NCBI GenBank assembly: GCA_964414675.1
Contig: CAYPYF010000002.1
Coordinates: 5,532 to 69,531 of the forward strand
DNA from: an uncultured Dehalococcoidaceae bacterium
GTDB taxonomy: Bacteria; Chloroflexota; Dehalococcoidia; UBA2979
Length of the DNA stretch: 64,000 nt
Direction: 5' to 3'
This document shows positions 26,788 through 36,224 of the stretch, one piece after another (within the stretch, counting starts at the first letter, position 1; every line of letters starts with the position of its first letter). A model generated the notes under the pieces. That model did no database searches, had not been told where the DNA came from, and was given only the letters and a program-made list of their open reading frames with translations. The translations under genes were made by a program, and so were the position numbers.

Positions 26788-26818
26788 TTGACCCCTACCC
26801 GGGGGGTAGGGGTATGAT
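26788..26818 (+). promoter_or_regulatory. cop operon promoter with embedded CsoR-type operator
   Basis: -35 TTGACC (26788-26793), a 19-nt spacer, and -10 TATGAT (26813-26818). The spacer holds a perfect inverted repeat ACCCCTACCC-GGG-GGGTAGGGGT (26791-26813). Confidence 0.7.
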
Positions 26819-26848
26819 GTCCGCCTGCACCATAGCAAGGAGTCCCGA

Positions 26849-27379
26849 ATGCCCCAGATCACCCTCTTCGCGCCCGACGTCACCTGCGACCACTGCATCG
26901 CCACCATCCAGAAGACGGTCGCCACGGTCGACGGCGCGACGTTCCTCGAGGGCGACCCCGACTCGAAGTCCTTCGCCATCGAGGTCGCACAGGGTGCCGT
27001 GCTCGACCGCGTCGCCGAGGCGCTCGCGGCCGAGGGGTACCCGCTCGGCCCGGCCTCGCCCGCCCGTGCAGCCGAGGGTGCGGCGCAGTCCGAGTCCACC
27101 GTCGGGTTCGCGCCCGCCTTCACCATCGAGAAGTCGGAGGCTGGCGCGTCCGTGACGTACACCTGTCCCTGCGGCAGCACGACCGAGCACTACACCTACG
27201 ACCGCTCGAAGCCCGCTCAGGACCTCGGGTCCTGCTGCGACCACCACCTGCTGATCGAGCCCGAGGCGGGCGCGCACCTGCGCGCCCGCCTCGGCGACGC
27301 GTACGAGGTCAACGTCCAGGCAGTGCAGATGCCGTGGGGCCAGCCGATGGAGGCTGCCTTCGCGACCCGGCGAGGTTAG
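26849..27379 (+). CDS. HMA-domain copper chaperone (CopZ-like) fused to an unassigned Cys/His-rich C-terminal domain
   Basis: The N-terminus has a VTCDHC HMA motif. The C-terminal ~95 aa carry CPC...CCDHH. It is the first gene of the csoR-copA operon. Confidence 0.8.
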   Translation: MPQITLFAPDVTCDHCIATIQKTVATVDGATFLEGDPDSKSFAIEVAQGAVLDRVAEALAAEGYPLGPASPARAAEGAAQSESTVGFAPAFTIEKSEAGASVTYTCPCGSTTEHYTYDRSKPAQDLGSCCDHHLLIEPEAGAHLRARLGDAYEVNVQAVQMPWGQPMEAAFATRRG

Positions 27380-27383
27380 CGCG

Positions 27384-27650
27384 ATGGACCACGACTCCAA
27401 GGCCGACGTCCTGAAGCGTCTCGCGTACGTCGAGGGCCACCTCAAGTCGGTGCGCCGGATGATCGAGGAGGACACGTACTGCGTGGACGTCCTCAAGCAG
27501 ATGTACGCCGTCCGCCGCGGCATCGAGAAGGCGGAGACGAAGGTGCTCGACGGGCACCTCCACCACTGCGTCATCGAGGCGGTCGAGGGCGGACGGCAGG
27601 ACGAGGTGTTCGCGGAGCTCCTCGAGCTGTACGAGATGGCGAACCGGTAG
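27384..27650 (+). CDS. csoR: copper-sensing transcriptional repressor CsoR
   Basis: 88 aa of the CsoR/RcnR (DUF156) fold, with the C-H-C ligand set (YCVDVLKQ ... HLHHC). Confidence 0.9.
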   Translation: MDHDSKADVLKRLAYVEGHLKSVRRMIEEDTYCVDVLKQMYAVRRGIEKAETKVLDGHLHHCVIEAVEGGRQDEVFAELLELYEMANR

Positions 27651-27654
27651 TCCG

Positions 27655-30057
27655 ATGACCACTTCAGCAACAACCCCCCTTGCGCCCGAGCGTCTGCGCT
27701 TCGCCGTGCGCGGTATGACCTGCGCCTCCTGCGTCCGGCGGGTGGAGCGCGCCCTCGACAGCGTCGAGGGCGTCACCCGCGCCTCTGTGAACCTCGCCAC
27801 CGAGCAGGCGACCGTGGAGGCGTCCGGCGCGCTCGACGTCGAGACGCTGCGCCGCGCTGTCGACCATGCCGGGTACGACCTCCTGGTGCCGGGCGCCGAC
27901 CGCGACGAGGACGAAGCCCGCGACGACCTCGAACGCGACCGCCTCGCCGACGAGCGCCGCCTCCGCGACCGCATGGTCTTCGCGCTCGTGATCGCGGCGG
28001 TCTCGATGACGTGGATGCTGCTCCGTGACGGTGACGCGATCACCGGGGTCGAGGTGGGGTGGGCCCAGGATGTCCCGTTGCGGATCGTCCATCCGCTCAT
28101 GTTCCTCGCCACATTGCCGGTGCAGGCCTGGGCCGGGGCGCAGTTCTACCGCGCCGCCTGGAAGGCCGCCCGCCACGGTGTCAGCGACATGAACACGCTG
28201 GTCGCCGTGGGCACCTCGGCCGCCTTCGGCTACTCCGTCATCGCGACGTTCGCACCTGACCTGCTCACCGGCGTCCACGGCGCCGAGTCCCACACGTACT
28301 ACGAGGCGTCCGCCGCGATCATCGGACTGGTGCTGCTCGGACGGTGGCTCGAGGCGCGCGCCAAGGGCCGCACGTCCGCCGCCGTCCGCGCGCTCATCGA
28401 CCTCCGCCCGCAGACCGCGCGCGTGATCGAGGACGGCGAGCCGTTCGAGATTCCCGTCCGCGCGGTGCAGGCCGGCGATGTCGTCCTCGTGCGCCCCAGC
28501 GAGCAGATCCCCGTCGACGGCGAGGTGATCGAGGGTTCCAGCACCGTCGACGAGTCGATGCTGACGGGCGAGTCGGTCCCCGTCTCGAAGGCGGCAGGCG
28601 ACCTCGTGTTCGGCGCGACGATGAACGCGACCGGCCTCCTGCGCGTGCGCGCGACCGCCGTCGGCGTTGACAGCGCGCTCGCGAGGATCATCCGGCTGGT
28701 CGAAGAGGCGCAGACCTCAAAGGCGCCGATCCAGGCGCTCGCTGACCGCATCGCCGGGATCTTCGTGCCGGTGGTGCTCGTCATTGCGGTGCTGACGTTC
28801 GCGGTCTGGTGGGCGTTCGGCCCGGAGCCTGCGTTCACCGTCGCGTTCATCAACGCCGTCACCGTCCTCATCATCGCGTGCCCGTGCGCCCTCGGACTCG
28901 CGACACCGACCGCCGTGATGGTCGGCCTCGGCCGGGCGGCCGGACTCGGAGTCCTCATCCGCGACGCCGAGGCACTCCAGCGTGCGCGCGACATCGACAC
29001 CGTGATCCTGGACAAGACCGGCACGATCACGGAGGGCCGCCCCGAGGTCGTCTCGATCGCGATGGCGCCCGACGCTCTCGTCGACGAGTCGGCGCTGTTG
29101 CGCCTCGTGGCTTCCGCCGAACGCGGCTCGGAGCACCCCTACGCCGAGGCAATCGTCCGCGAGGCCGAGCGTCGCGCCACCGCCCTCGAGTGGCCCGCGA
29201 CCTTCGAGGAGGACCCGGGCCGCGGGGTGAAGGCGTCCGTCACGATCGACGGTGAGCCTCACGAGGTGCTCATCGGCAACCCCGACCTCATGGAAGCGCA
29301 CGGCGTCGGCGGGACCACGCGAGGTGGCATGCGCCTCACGTTCGAGGCCGAGCAGGCCCAGGAGCGCGGTGAGACCGCCCTCCTCGTCGCCGTCGATGGC
29401 AGGGCCGCCGGGGTCATCTGCGTCGCGGACCGCGTCCGCGAGTCGGCCGCCGAGGGCGTCGCGCACCTCCGCGCGCTCGGTCTGCGCGTGGTGATGCTGA
29501 CCGGCGATGCGGAGCGCACCGCCCGCGCCGTCGCTGCTCGCGTCGGGATCGATGAGGTCCGCGCGAACGTGAAGCCGGACGAGAAGGCCTCGGTCGTCCG
29601 TGCGGTACAGGCGGATGGTGGAGTCGTGGCGATGGTCGGCGACGGCATCAACGACGCCCCCGCGCTCGCACAGGCGGACGTCGGCATCGCCATCGGCAGC
29701 GGTACGGATGTGGCGATGGAGGCGGCCCCGGTCACCCTCATGCGCGCCGACCTCCGCGGGGTCGCGCAGGCGATCCGGATCTCGCGGGCCACCATGCGCA
29801 CCATGTGGCAGAACCTCGCGTGGGCGTTCGGCTACAACGTCCTGCTCATCCCCGTTGCGGCGGGCCTCGGCTGGTTCGTGTTCCAGGAGGTCCTGGACGT
29901 CGGCATGGTGCCCCGCGCGCTGCAGCCGATCTTCGGCCACGACGGCTTCCTCAACCCGATCGTGGCCGCCGCCGCGATGGCGCTCTCGAGTGTGTCGGTG
30001 ATGGCGAACAGCCTGCGTCTCAAGCACGCCCGGATCGGTCGGCGCTCGCCTCGGTGA
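27655..30057 (+). CDS. copA: copper-translocating P1B-type ATPase
   Basis: N-terminal HMA GMTCASC, TM CPC motif ([13 protein letters not shown]), DKTGT phosphorylation site and GDGINDAP. Confidence 0.95.
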   Translation: MTTSATTPLAPERLRFAVRGMTCASCVRRVERALDSVEGVTRASVNLATEQATVEASGALDVETLRRAVDHAGYDLLVPGADRDEDEARDDLERDRLADERRLRDRMVFALVIAAVSMTWMLLRDGDAITGVEVGWAQDVPLRIVHPLMFLATLPVQAWAGAQFYRAAWKAARHGVSDMNTLVAVGTSAAFGYSVIATFAPDLLTGVHGAESHTYYEASAAIIGLVLLGRWLEARAKGRTSAAVRALIDLRPQTARVIEDGEPFEIPVRAVQAGDVVLVRPSEQIPVDGEVIEGSSTVDESMLTGESVPVSKAAGDLVFGATMNATGLLRVRATAVGVDSALARIIRLVEEAQTSKAPIQALADRIAGIFVPVVLVIAVLTFAVWWAFGPEPAFTVAFINAVTVLIIACPCALGLATPTAVMVGLGRAAGLGVLIRDAEALQRARDIDTVILDKTGTITEGRPEVVSIAMAPDALVDESALLRLVASAERGSEHPYAEAIVREAERRATALEWPATFEEDPGRGVKASVTIDGEPHEVLIGNPDLMEAHGVGGTTRGGMRLTFEAEQAQERGETALLVAVDGRAAGVICVADRVRESAAEGVAHLRALGLRVVMLTGDAERTARAVAARVGIDEVRANVKPDEKASVVRAVQADGGVVAMVGDGINDAPALAQADVGIAIGSGTDVAMEAAPVTLMRADLRGVAQAIRISRATMRTMWQNLAWAFGYNVLLIPVAAGLGWFVFQEVLDVGMVPRALQPIFGHDGFLNPIVAAAAMALSSVSVMANSLRLKHARIGRRSPR

Positions 30058-30103
30058 TCATCGCGTGGAGCTCGGCTCACTCATACCGAGAACGTTGGAT
30101 CGA

Positions 30104-30160
30104 TGTCAAAGAAACTTGACACGATGCTCCATCGTCCTAAGATGTCAAGTAAACTTGACA
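30104..30160 (+). promoter_or_regulatory. AT-rich promoter with twin palindromic operators
   Basis: TGTCAAAGAAACTTGACA (30104-30121) and TGTCAAGTAAACTTGACA (30143-30160). -35 TTGACA (30116-30121), a 16-nt spacer, and -10 TAAGAT (30138-30143). Confidence 0.55.
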
Positions 30161-30163
30161 AGC

Positions 30164-30595
30164 ATGCACAAGGACGGATTCGTGGACGCATCCAATCAGA
30201 CAGGCGGCCAGGAGGTCGCCATCAAGAGGACCGCGCAGCTCGCGCTCTGGACACTCGCCTGGGGACTCACCCTCGCGTTGGCAAGGTTCGGCCCGGAACT
30301 TGTCTGGGATTCGCGGCCGGCGCTGAGTTGGGGCGCCATCGCCCTCAATCTCGCCGCTGGCGTCGGGTGGATCTTCGCCCATGCCCGGTACCTTCAGGGA
30401 ATCGATGAGTTGCAGCGAAAGATCATGCAGGACGCACTCGCAATCACCCTGGGCGTGGGATGGGTGGTCGGATTCGCCTATGTGGTCGCCGACTCCGCCG
30501 ACCTGATCGCCCGCGACGAAGTCGGGCTACTCTCCGCGCTGATGGGCGTTGTCTACGTGATCGCCACGTTCGCTGGCCACATTCGCTATCGATGA
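30164..30595 (+). CDS. small integral membrane protein (4 TM), partner of the XRE regulator
   Basis: ATG at 30164 within ORF 30065..30595. Hydrophobic helices are present. Its stop overlaps the next start (ATGA). Confidence 0.65.
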   Translation: MHKDGFVDASNQTGGQEVAIKRTAQLALWTLAWGLTLALARFGPELVWDSRPALSWGAIALNLAAGVGWIFAHARYLQGIDELQRKIMQDALAITLGVGWVVGFAYVVADSADLIARDEVGLLSALMGVVYVIATFAGHIRYR

Positions 30596-30789
30596 AGAAC
30601 CGCCTGAAGGAACTTCGTGCGGAACGCGATTGGACACAGGCCGATCTGGCGGAGCGGACGGATGTGTCGAGGCAGACGATCAACGCCATCGAGAAGGGGA
30701 AGTTCGACCCGAGCCTCCCGCTCGCCTTCCGTCTCGCGAAGTTGTTCGACCTGAGCATCGAGGAGGTCTTTCTCGACGAGCAACCGTGA
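30592..30789 (+). CDS. short XRE-family helix-turn-helix transcriptional regulator
   Basis: MKNRLKELRAERDWTQADLAERTDVSRQTINAIEKGKFDPSLPLAFRLAKLF is the canonical 65-aa HTH_3 protein. Confidence 0.85.
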   Translation: MKNRLKELRAERDWTQADLAERTDVSRQTINAIEKGKFDPSLPLAFRLAKLFDLSIEEVFLDEQP

Positions 30790-30890
30790 CGAGTCGGAGT
30801 CCGGCTGCTCGGAATTCGCGACGTCCTCCCCCTCGGCGGTACGATGCCGCGGCTGCATGGCCCGCGCGGGCGGGCATCGAGGGGGTATCG

Positions 30891-32054
30891 ATGGACTTCT
30901 CCTGGGGCGACGAGCACCGCACGTTCCGCACGCAGGTGCAGGAGTTCATTGACGCCAACTGGGGTTCCGCTCCCGACAATCACGAGGAACGCGACACTCG
31001 GGCGCAGACCTACACGAAGGCGCTCGCCGACCACGGCTGGCTCACGATGGCGTGGCCGAAGGAGTACGGCGGCGGTGCCGCGACCCACTGGGAGCAGATG
31101 ATCTTCGCGGAGGAGTCCGCGCGGAACGGTGCGCCCACCGGCGGCCAGGGCGCCGACCGCGTCGGCCCGACGCTCATGATCCACGGCACCGAGGAGCAGA
31201 AGCGCGAGCACCTGCCCAAGATCGCCAGCGCCGAGGTCTACTGGTGCCAGGGGTACTCGGAGCCCGGTTCGGGCTCGGACCTCGCGTCACTCCAGACGCG
31301 CGCGATCCGCGACGGCGACGAGTTCGTGATCAACGGCCAGAAGATATGGACCTCCGGCGCGCAGTACGCCGACTGGATCCACATCCTCACCCGGACCGAC
31401 CCGGAAGCCCCGAAGCACCGGGGCGTCTCCTACTTCATGCTGAAGATGGACACCCCCGGCATCTCGATCCGCCCGATCACCCAGATCCACGACGCGTCCG
31501 GCTTCAACGAGACGTTCTTCGAGGATGTCCGGGTGCCGGCGGCGAACATGATCGGCGACGAGAACCGCGGCTGGTACGTCGCCGCGACCGCGCTCGACTT
31601 CGAGCGGAGCGGCATCAACCGGATGGCCGGGGTGCTGGGGCCGTACCAGCGGATGATGCAGCACGCGCCTCAGCCGGACTCCGCCGCGAAGGGGCGCTCG
31701 ATCGTCGAGGATCCCTCGAACCGACTCGCGCTCGCGGACACCTCGATCGAGATCGAGGTCGCGCGCTACCTCGGCTACCGCGTGACCTGGATGCAGGCGA
31801 GCGGCCTCGTGCCGAACCAGGAGTCGTCGATGTCGAAGATGTTCGGCAGCGAGCTCCAGCAGCGCATGGCGCGCCGGGGTATCAACATGCTCGGCCTCTT
31901 CGGCGGCCTGCGGCCCGGATCGAAGCACGCGCCGCTCGGCGGCGAGTTCTGTCGCTACTACATGGCGTCCGTCTCGCTCACGATCGCGGCGGGCACGAGC
32001 GAGATCCAGCGCAACATCATCGCCACGCGCGGCCTCGGGCTGCCTCGTGGCTAG
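30891..32054 (+). CDS. acyl-CoA dehydrogenase family protein
   Basis: WCQGYSEPGSGSDLASLQTRAIRDGDEFVINGQKIWTSGA. ATG at 30891. It is a paralog of 45986..47179. Confidence 0.85.
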   Translation: MDFSWGDEHRTFRTQVQEFIDANWGSAPDNHEERDTRAQTYTKALADHGWLTMAWPKEYGGGAATHWEQMIFAEESARNGAPTGGQGADRVGPTLMIHGTEEQKREHLPKIASAEVYWCQGYSEPGSGSDLASLQTRAIRDGDEFVINGQKIWTSGAQYADWIHILTRTDPEAPKHRGVSYFMLKMDTPGISIRPITQIHDASGFNETFFEDVRVPAANMIGDENRGWYVAATALDFERSGINRMAGVLGPYQRMMQHAPQPDSAAKGRSIVEDPSNRLALADTSIEIEVARYLGYRVTWMQASGLVPNQESSMSKMFGSELQQRMARRGINMLGLFGGLRPGSKHAPLGGEFCRYYMASVSLTIAAGTSEIQRNIIATRGLGLPRG

Positions 32055-32078
32055 CGTCTAGTTCCCCAGGCGTACGCG

Positions 32079-32651
32079 ATGACGCCGCCCACCATCACCG
32101 TAGATACCGCGACACGCCTGCGCCCGTGGCGTGCCGACGAGGTCGTTGCGCTGTACGAGGCCGTGATGGTGGACCAGGAGCACGTCGCGCGCTTTCTCCG
32201 CTGGGCGGACGGCATTTACACCACCGACCGGGCTGACGAGTTCATCGCGCGCACGCTCCTCGAGTATCGCGATGGCCGCCTCGACTACGCGATCGAGGTC
32301 GACGGCGCCGTCGCGGGTGGCATCGGCGTACCGCGCTTCCTCGCCGATGAGCGCGAGTTCGAGATCGGCTACTGGCTTTCGCAGCCGTACACCGGTCGTG
32401 GGGTGATGACGCGCAGCGCCGAGGCCCTCACGCGCTTCCTCTTCCGCGAACGCCAGGCGCACCGGGTGCAGATCGCCGCGCTGACGGAGAACACCGCCAG
32501 TTGCGCCGTGGCGGAGCGCCTCGGGTTCAGCCTCGAGGGCGTCTTCCGGCGCGCCCGCTTCAACCGCGGCCAGTGGTGCGACCTCGCCTGGTACGCCATC
32601 GACGAGGACGAGTGGGCCGCCCGGCCAACCGCGCTGCGCCCGCAGGCTTGA
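32079..32651 (+). CDS. GNAT N-acetyltransferase (RimJ/RimL-like)
   Basis: GYWLSQPYTGRGVMTRSAEALTRFLF...NTASCAVAERLGFSLEG. Confidence 0.8.
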   Translation: MTPPTITVDTATRLRPWRADEVVALYEAVMVDQEHVARFLRWADGIYTTDRADEFIARTLLEYRDGRLDYAIEVDGAVAGGIGVPRFLADEREFEIGYWLSQPYTGRGVMTRSAEALTRFLFRERQAHRVQIAALTENTASCAVAERLGFSLEGVFRRARFNRGQWCDLAWYAIDEDEWAARPTALRPQA

Positions 32652-32686
32652 CGCGCGCCCCCCGAGCCGTCCATGCTCCGCACGTC

Positions 32687-32720
32687 CTGAATGACTGAGC
32701 CTGAGTTGCTGAGTCCTGAG
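32687..32720 (+). repeat. cluster of five CTGA(G) motifs giving TGA stops in all three frames
   Basis: CTGA at 32687, and CTGAG at 32695, 32701, 32709 and 32716. Together with the TGA at 32692, the TGA triplets fall in all three frames. Confidence 0.5.
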
Positions 32721-32741
32721 CGTCGGATGAAGGGGTGCCCC

Positions 32742-32789
32742 ATGCAGGCAACGATGACCCCCGCCTCCGCCTCGTTCGTCCGTGCGTAG
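32742..32789 (+). CDS. candidate 15-codon upstream ORF (MQATMTPASASFVRA)
   Basis: AGGGG lies 6 nt before the ATG at 32742, with a TAG at 32787-32789. It sits 68 nt upstream of the MFS gene. No conservation evidence is available. Confidence 0.15.
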   Translation: MQATMTPASASFVRA

Positions 32790-32857
32790 CTAGTAGACGC
32801 GACGCGACGGTCCGAGGCCTCACCGGCTCCGCCGGGCGCTGACCGTGCCCCGGCCCG

Positions 32858-34180
32858 TTGCGAGGGACATCCTTGTCACACCTTCGATCTGACGGATCCA
32901 CGTCGTGGGTCCACCGGCAGCCAACGCTGCTCCCCGGCCGCGCGATCCCGGCGGCCCATCTCTACCGCCTGAGGGCGGTCGCCTTCGGGTTCTTCATGTG
33001 GATGACGTTCGGGATGTACGCCCTGTACGTCGTCCGCGATGCGGGCCTCACCCCGTTCCAGTTGCTCCTCGCGGGCGCGGTGCTGGAGTTCACCGTCGTC
33101 GCGTTCGAGATCCCCACCGGCGTCCTTGCGGACACCGTCAGTCGCCGCTTCTCGGTCATCCTCGGGTCGTTCGTGACCGGCCTCGGCTGGGCGGTCATGG
33201 GGCTGTTCCCCTCGTTCGAGGGCATCCTCCTCGGGGAGCTCCTGTGGGGGTTCGGCTTCACCTTCATGAGCGGCGCGGACGAAGCATGGCTCGCCGACGA
33301 GGTCGGCGAGGACGAAGCCGCGAAGATCTACCCGCAGGCGGCGCAATGGCGTCAGGCCGCCGTGGTCGCCGGCGTCCTCGTGGCGGCCGCGTTCGCGCTC
33401 GTCGACCCCCGTCTCCCGTTCGTCCTCGGCGGTGCGGGCGGCATCGTCCTCGGCGTCTTCCTCGCGGCGACGATGACCGAAGCGGGCTGGCACCCTGCCG
33501 ACCGCCAGGGCCGCTCGCGACTCGCCGAGGCGAAGCAGGTCGCCGTCGAGGCATTCCACGTGGCGCGGATCCGGCCGCTGGTGCGAGCCGCCGTGGGCAT
33601 CCGCCTCCTGGTCGGCGGCGCGTCCGAGGTCTTCTACCGCCTCTACGGCTACCACCTCATCGAGAACATCGGCGTTCCCGAAGGGATGAACGAGGTGCTC
33701 CTGTTCGGCGGGATCGCCCTCGCGAGCCAGGCAGGCACGTTCGGGGTCATCGCCCTCGGGCGGCGCGCCTCGAGGGACGGGTCGCGGGCCTCAGCCGCGC
33801 GCGTCCTCGCGGTGCTCTACGTGGGCGCGGTGATCGGGCCGCTCGCCTTCGCCTTTGCTCCGGGTGCTGCCGTGGCGTTCGTGCTCATCGCGGTCACGCA
33901 GTGGGCGCACAACGCGGAGCGGCCGTTCTTCACGATGTGGGTCAACCGAGGGCTGGAGTCCCGCACGAGGGCGAGCGTCCTGTCCGGCGTCGGCCAGGCG
34001 GACTCGCTCGGCCAGACCGTGACGGCGCTGTCGTTCGGCGCGCTCGCCGCCGCGACCAGCGTCCGCCTTGCGCTGGCCCTCGGCGCGGTCGTCTCGGTAC
34101 CGGCGCTCGGCCTCGTCCGGACGAAGCCGCTCGAGGAGCGCGAGCCGAGACCGGAGCCGGAGGCGACCCCGCGGGACTGA
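32858..34180 (+). CDS. MFS transporter
   Basis: 12-TM pattern. A TTG start at 32858 is needed to include TM1 (LRAVAFGFFMWMTFGMYALYV). The start is uncertain. Confidence 0.7.
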   Translation: MRGTSLSHLRSDGSTSWVHRQPTLLPGRAIPAAHLYRLRAVAFGFFMWMTFGMYALYVVRDAGLTPFQLLLAGAVLEFTVVAFEIPTGVLADTVSRRFSVILGSFVTGLGWAVMGLFPSFEGILLGELLWGFGFTFMSGADEAWLADEVGEDEAAKIYPQAAQWRQAAVVAGVLVAAAFALVDPRLPFVLGGAGGIVLGVFLAATMTEAGWHPADRQGRSRLAEAKQVAVEAFHVARIRPLVRAAVGIRLLVGGASEVFYRLYGYHLIENIGVPEGMNEVLLFGGIALASQAGTFGVIALGRRASRDGSRASAARVLAVLYVGAVIGPLAFAFAPGAAVAFVLIAVTQWAHNAERPFFTMWVNRGLESRTRASVLSGVGQADSLGQTVTALSFGALAAATSVRLALALGAVVSVPALGLVRTKPLEEREPRPEPEATPRD

Positions 34181-34190
34181 GGGGCGACCG

Positions 34191-34982
34191 CTACGAGTCG
34201 AAGGGTGGGAAGCCGTCCTTCTCGTACGTCAGACGCCGGATCATCGCGGGCCACTCGAGGATGCCGTAGGGGCGCCTCGTGCCGGGCTGGTACTGGAGCG
34301 CGGTGTACTGGACGACCTCATCGTCGGGGAGGGTGACCTCGGCGGTGAGGGCGTCGATCTGGGACTTGCAGGCGTTCTCCAGCTGGTACATGAGGTTGAA
34401 CGCCTCGGGCACGGACGGGCCGCAGGTCAGCAGTCCGTGGTTCTTGAGGATCAGCGCATTGTGCTCGCCGATGTCGTCGACGAGCCGCGCCTGCTCCTCC
34501 AGGTTGATCGCGGGGCCTTCGTAGTCGTGGTAACCGATGTGCCCGATGAACCGCATGGAGGTCTGGGTCAGGGGCAGTAGCCCCTTCTTCTGCGCGGAGA
34601 CGGCCATGCCGGCGCGCGTGTGCGTGTGGATGATCGCGCCGACATCCGGCCGCGCGGAGTGGATCGCGCCGTGGATCACGTATCCGGAGCGGTTGTACGT
34701 GTAGTCCGTGTCCGGCTTCCAGACGATCTCCCCGTCCTCGTCGATCTTCACGAGGGAGGAGGCGGTGATCTCCTTGTAGAGCAGGCCGTAGAGGTTCACC
34801 AGGAAGTGGTTGGTGCCGGGCACCTTTGCACTGATGTGGTTGTAGATCAGGTCCGTCATCCCGTAGCGGTCCATGAGGCGGTAGCACGCGGCGAGCTCGA
34901 CGCGCGCGCCCCATTCCTCCGGACTGACCTGGTCCTTGATGCTCGGGAAGTCGGCGTTGTAGTTCGGCGTCTCGGTCGTCAT
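34191..34982 (-). CDS. class II aldolase/adducin family protein
   Basis: GAIIHTHTRAGMAVSA...ILKNHGLLTCG, a metal-binding His cluster typical of the family. Confidence 0.85.
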   Translation of the reverse strand: MTTETPNYNADFPSIKDQVSPEEWGARVELAACYRLMDRYGMTDLIYNHISAKVPGTNHFLVNLYGLLYKEITASSLVKIDEDGEIVWKPDTDYTYNRSGYVIHGAIHSARPDVGAIIHTHTRAGMAVSAQKKGLLPLTQTSMRFIGHIGYHDYEGPAINLEEQARLVDDIGEHNALILKNHGLLTCGPSVPEAFNLMYQLENACKSQIDALTAEVTLPDDEVVQYTALQYQPGTRRPYGILEWPAMIRRLTYEKDGFPPFDS

Positions 34983-35049
34983 CGGTACCCCCAGCGGTGT
35001 GCGCCCTCGACCGGCATCCTACAGGCGCGGGCAACCGCCCGGTGGCGAC

Positions 35050-36222
35050 TTAGTCCGGGCGGCGGTCGAGCACGCGCGCGGCGATCTGCTCCAGCGCGCG
35101 CGCCTCGATCGGTGGGTTCACGAGCCCGCTGCGTACGTCGCGGAAGTACCGCTCGAGGGGCTCCGAGCGGTGGAGGCCCACGCCGCCGACGATCCGCATC
35201 GCCAGGTCGGTCGCCTCGACGGCCGCTTCCGTCGCGAACCGCTTCGCGATCGGGAGCTGGGTGGCGAGCGCTCCGTCCTGGTCAGGATGGTGCTGGAAGT
35301 CCTCGGCGGCGGTGAGCAGCATCGTGCGCGCCGTGACCAGGAGCGCCTCCATGCGCGCGACCTGCTCCCGGACGTGCGGGATCTTCGCGATCGGGTGGGG
35401 AGCGCCCGTGGGCTGGCGCGTCTGCGCGAAGTGCACCGCGTAGTCACGGGCGGCGAATGCCACGCCGAGGTTGGCGGCCGAGACCAGCACCGGGAACCAC
35501 GCCTCGGGGCGTCCTCCACGGGAGGGCGTCCCGGGATGCGATCGGTCGAGGAAGTCCTCGTCGCGGACAGGGACGCCCTCGTAGTGGACGGTGTGCGATC
35601 CCGTGGACCGCATCGCCAGTGAGTCCCACGTCTCCTCGATGCGCACGCCGGGGTGCGCCATCTGCACGAGGACGCGCGCTGTGTCGCCGCTGCCGTCCTC
35701 GACCGCGGCGAGCGAGATCGCGAACGTGAGCGCGGGCGACATCGTCGAGAACGTCTTGAGGCCGTCGAGCCGCCACTCGCCCGGGCCGGTCGGCGTGAGC
35801 GTGGTCGCCGGCCGCCCGCCTCCGCGAGGCGACCCCATCTCCGGCTCAGCCGAGATGGCGTTGATCAGCGCGCCATCCTCGGCGGCGGCACGGAACACGC
35901 GCTCCCGGGCCACGTCCGGCCAGCGGCGTGACGACACCTCCGTGCCGATGACCATGTGGTGCATTCCGACGGCGAGCGCTGTCGATCCATCGCCTCGCCC
36001 GAGGGCGATCTGCGCCAGCGCCACGTCGTCGAGGCCGTGCCCGTCCCCGCCGAACTCCACCGGCACTGCCGCGCGCAGGTACCCCGCCTCCCGTAGCGCC
36101 TCGAAGTGCTCGTGCGGGAACGAGGCGTCGCGGTCGTGCTGGGCCGCCGTCGGCGCGATGCGCGCCGCGAGCCCCTCGGCGGTTGCGAGCAGTCGAGCCT
36201 GGGCGTCGGTCTTTGGCCACAT
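35050..36222 (-). CDS. acyl-CoA dehydrogenase family protein
   Basis: ACAD-like length and motifs (FPHEHFEALREAGYL..., C-terminal RYFRDVRSGLVNPP). Confidence 0.8.
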   Translation of the reverse strand: MWPKTDAQARLLATAEGLAARIAPTAAQHDRDASFPHEHFEALREAGYLRAAVPVEFGGDGHGLDDVALAQIALGRGDGSTALAVGMHHMVIGTEVSSRRWPDVARERVFRAAAEDGALINAISAEPEMGSPRGGGRPATTLTPTGPGEWRLDGLKTFSTMSPALTFAISLAAVEDGSGDTARVLVQMAHPGVRIEETWDSLAMRSTGSHTVHYEGVPVRDEDFLDRSHPGTPSRGGRPEAWFPVLVSAANLGVAFAARDYAVHFAQTRQPTGAPHPIAKIPHVREQVARMEALLVTARTMLLTAAEDFQHHPDQDGALATQLPIAKRFATEAAVEATDLAMRIVGGVGLHRSEPLERYFRDVRSGLVNPPIEARALEQIAARVLDRRPD

Positions 36223-36224
36223 GG

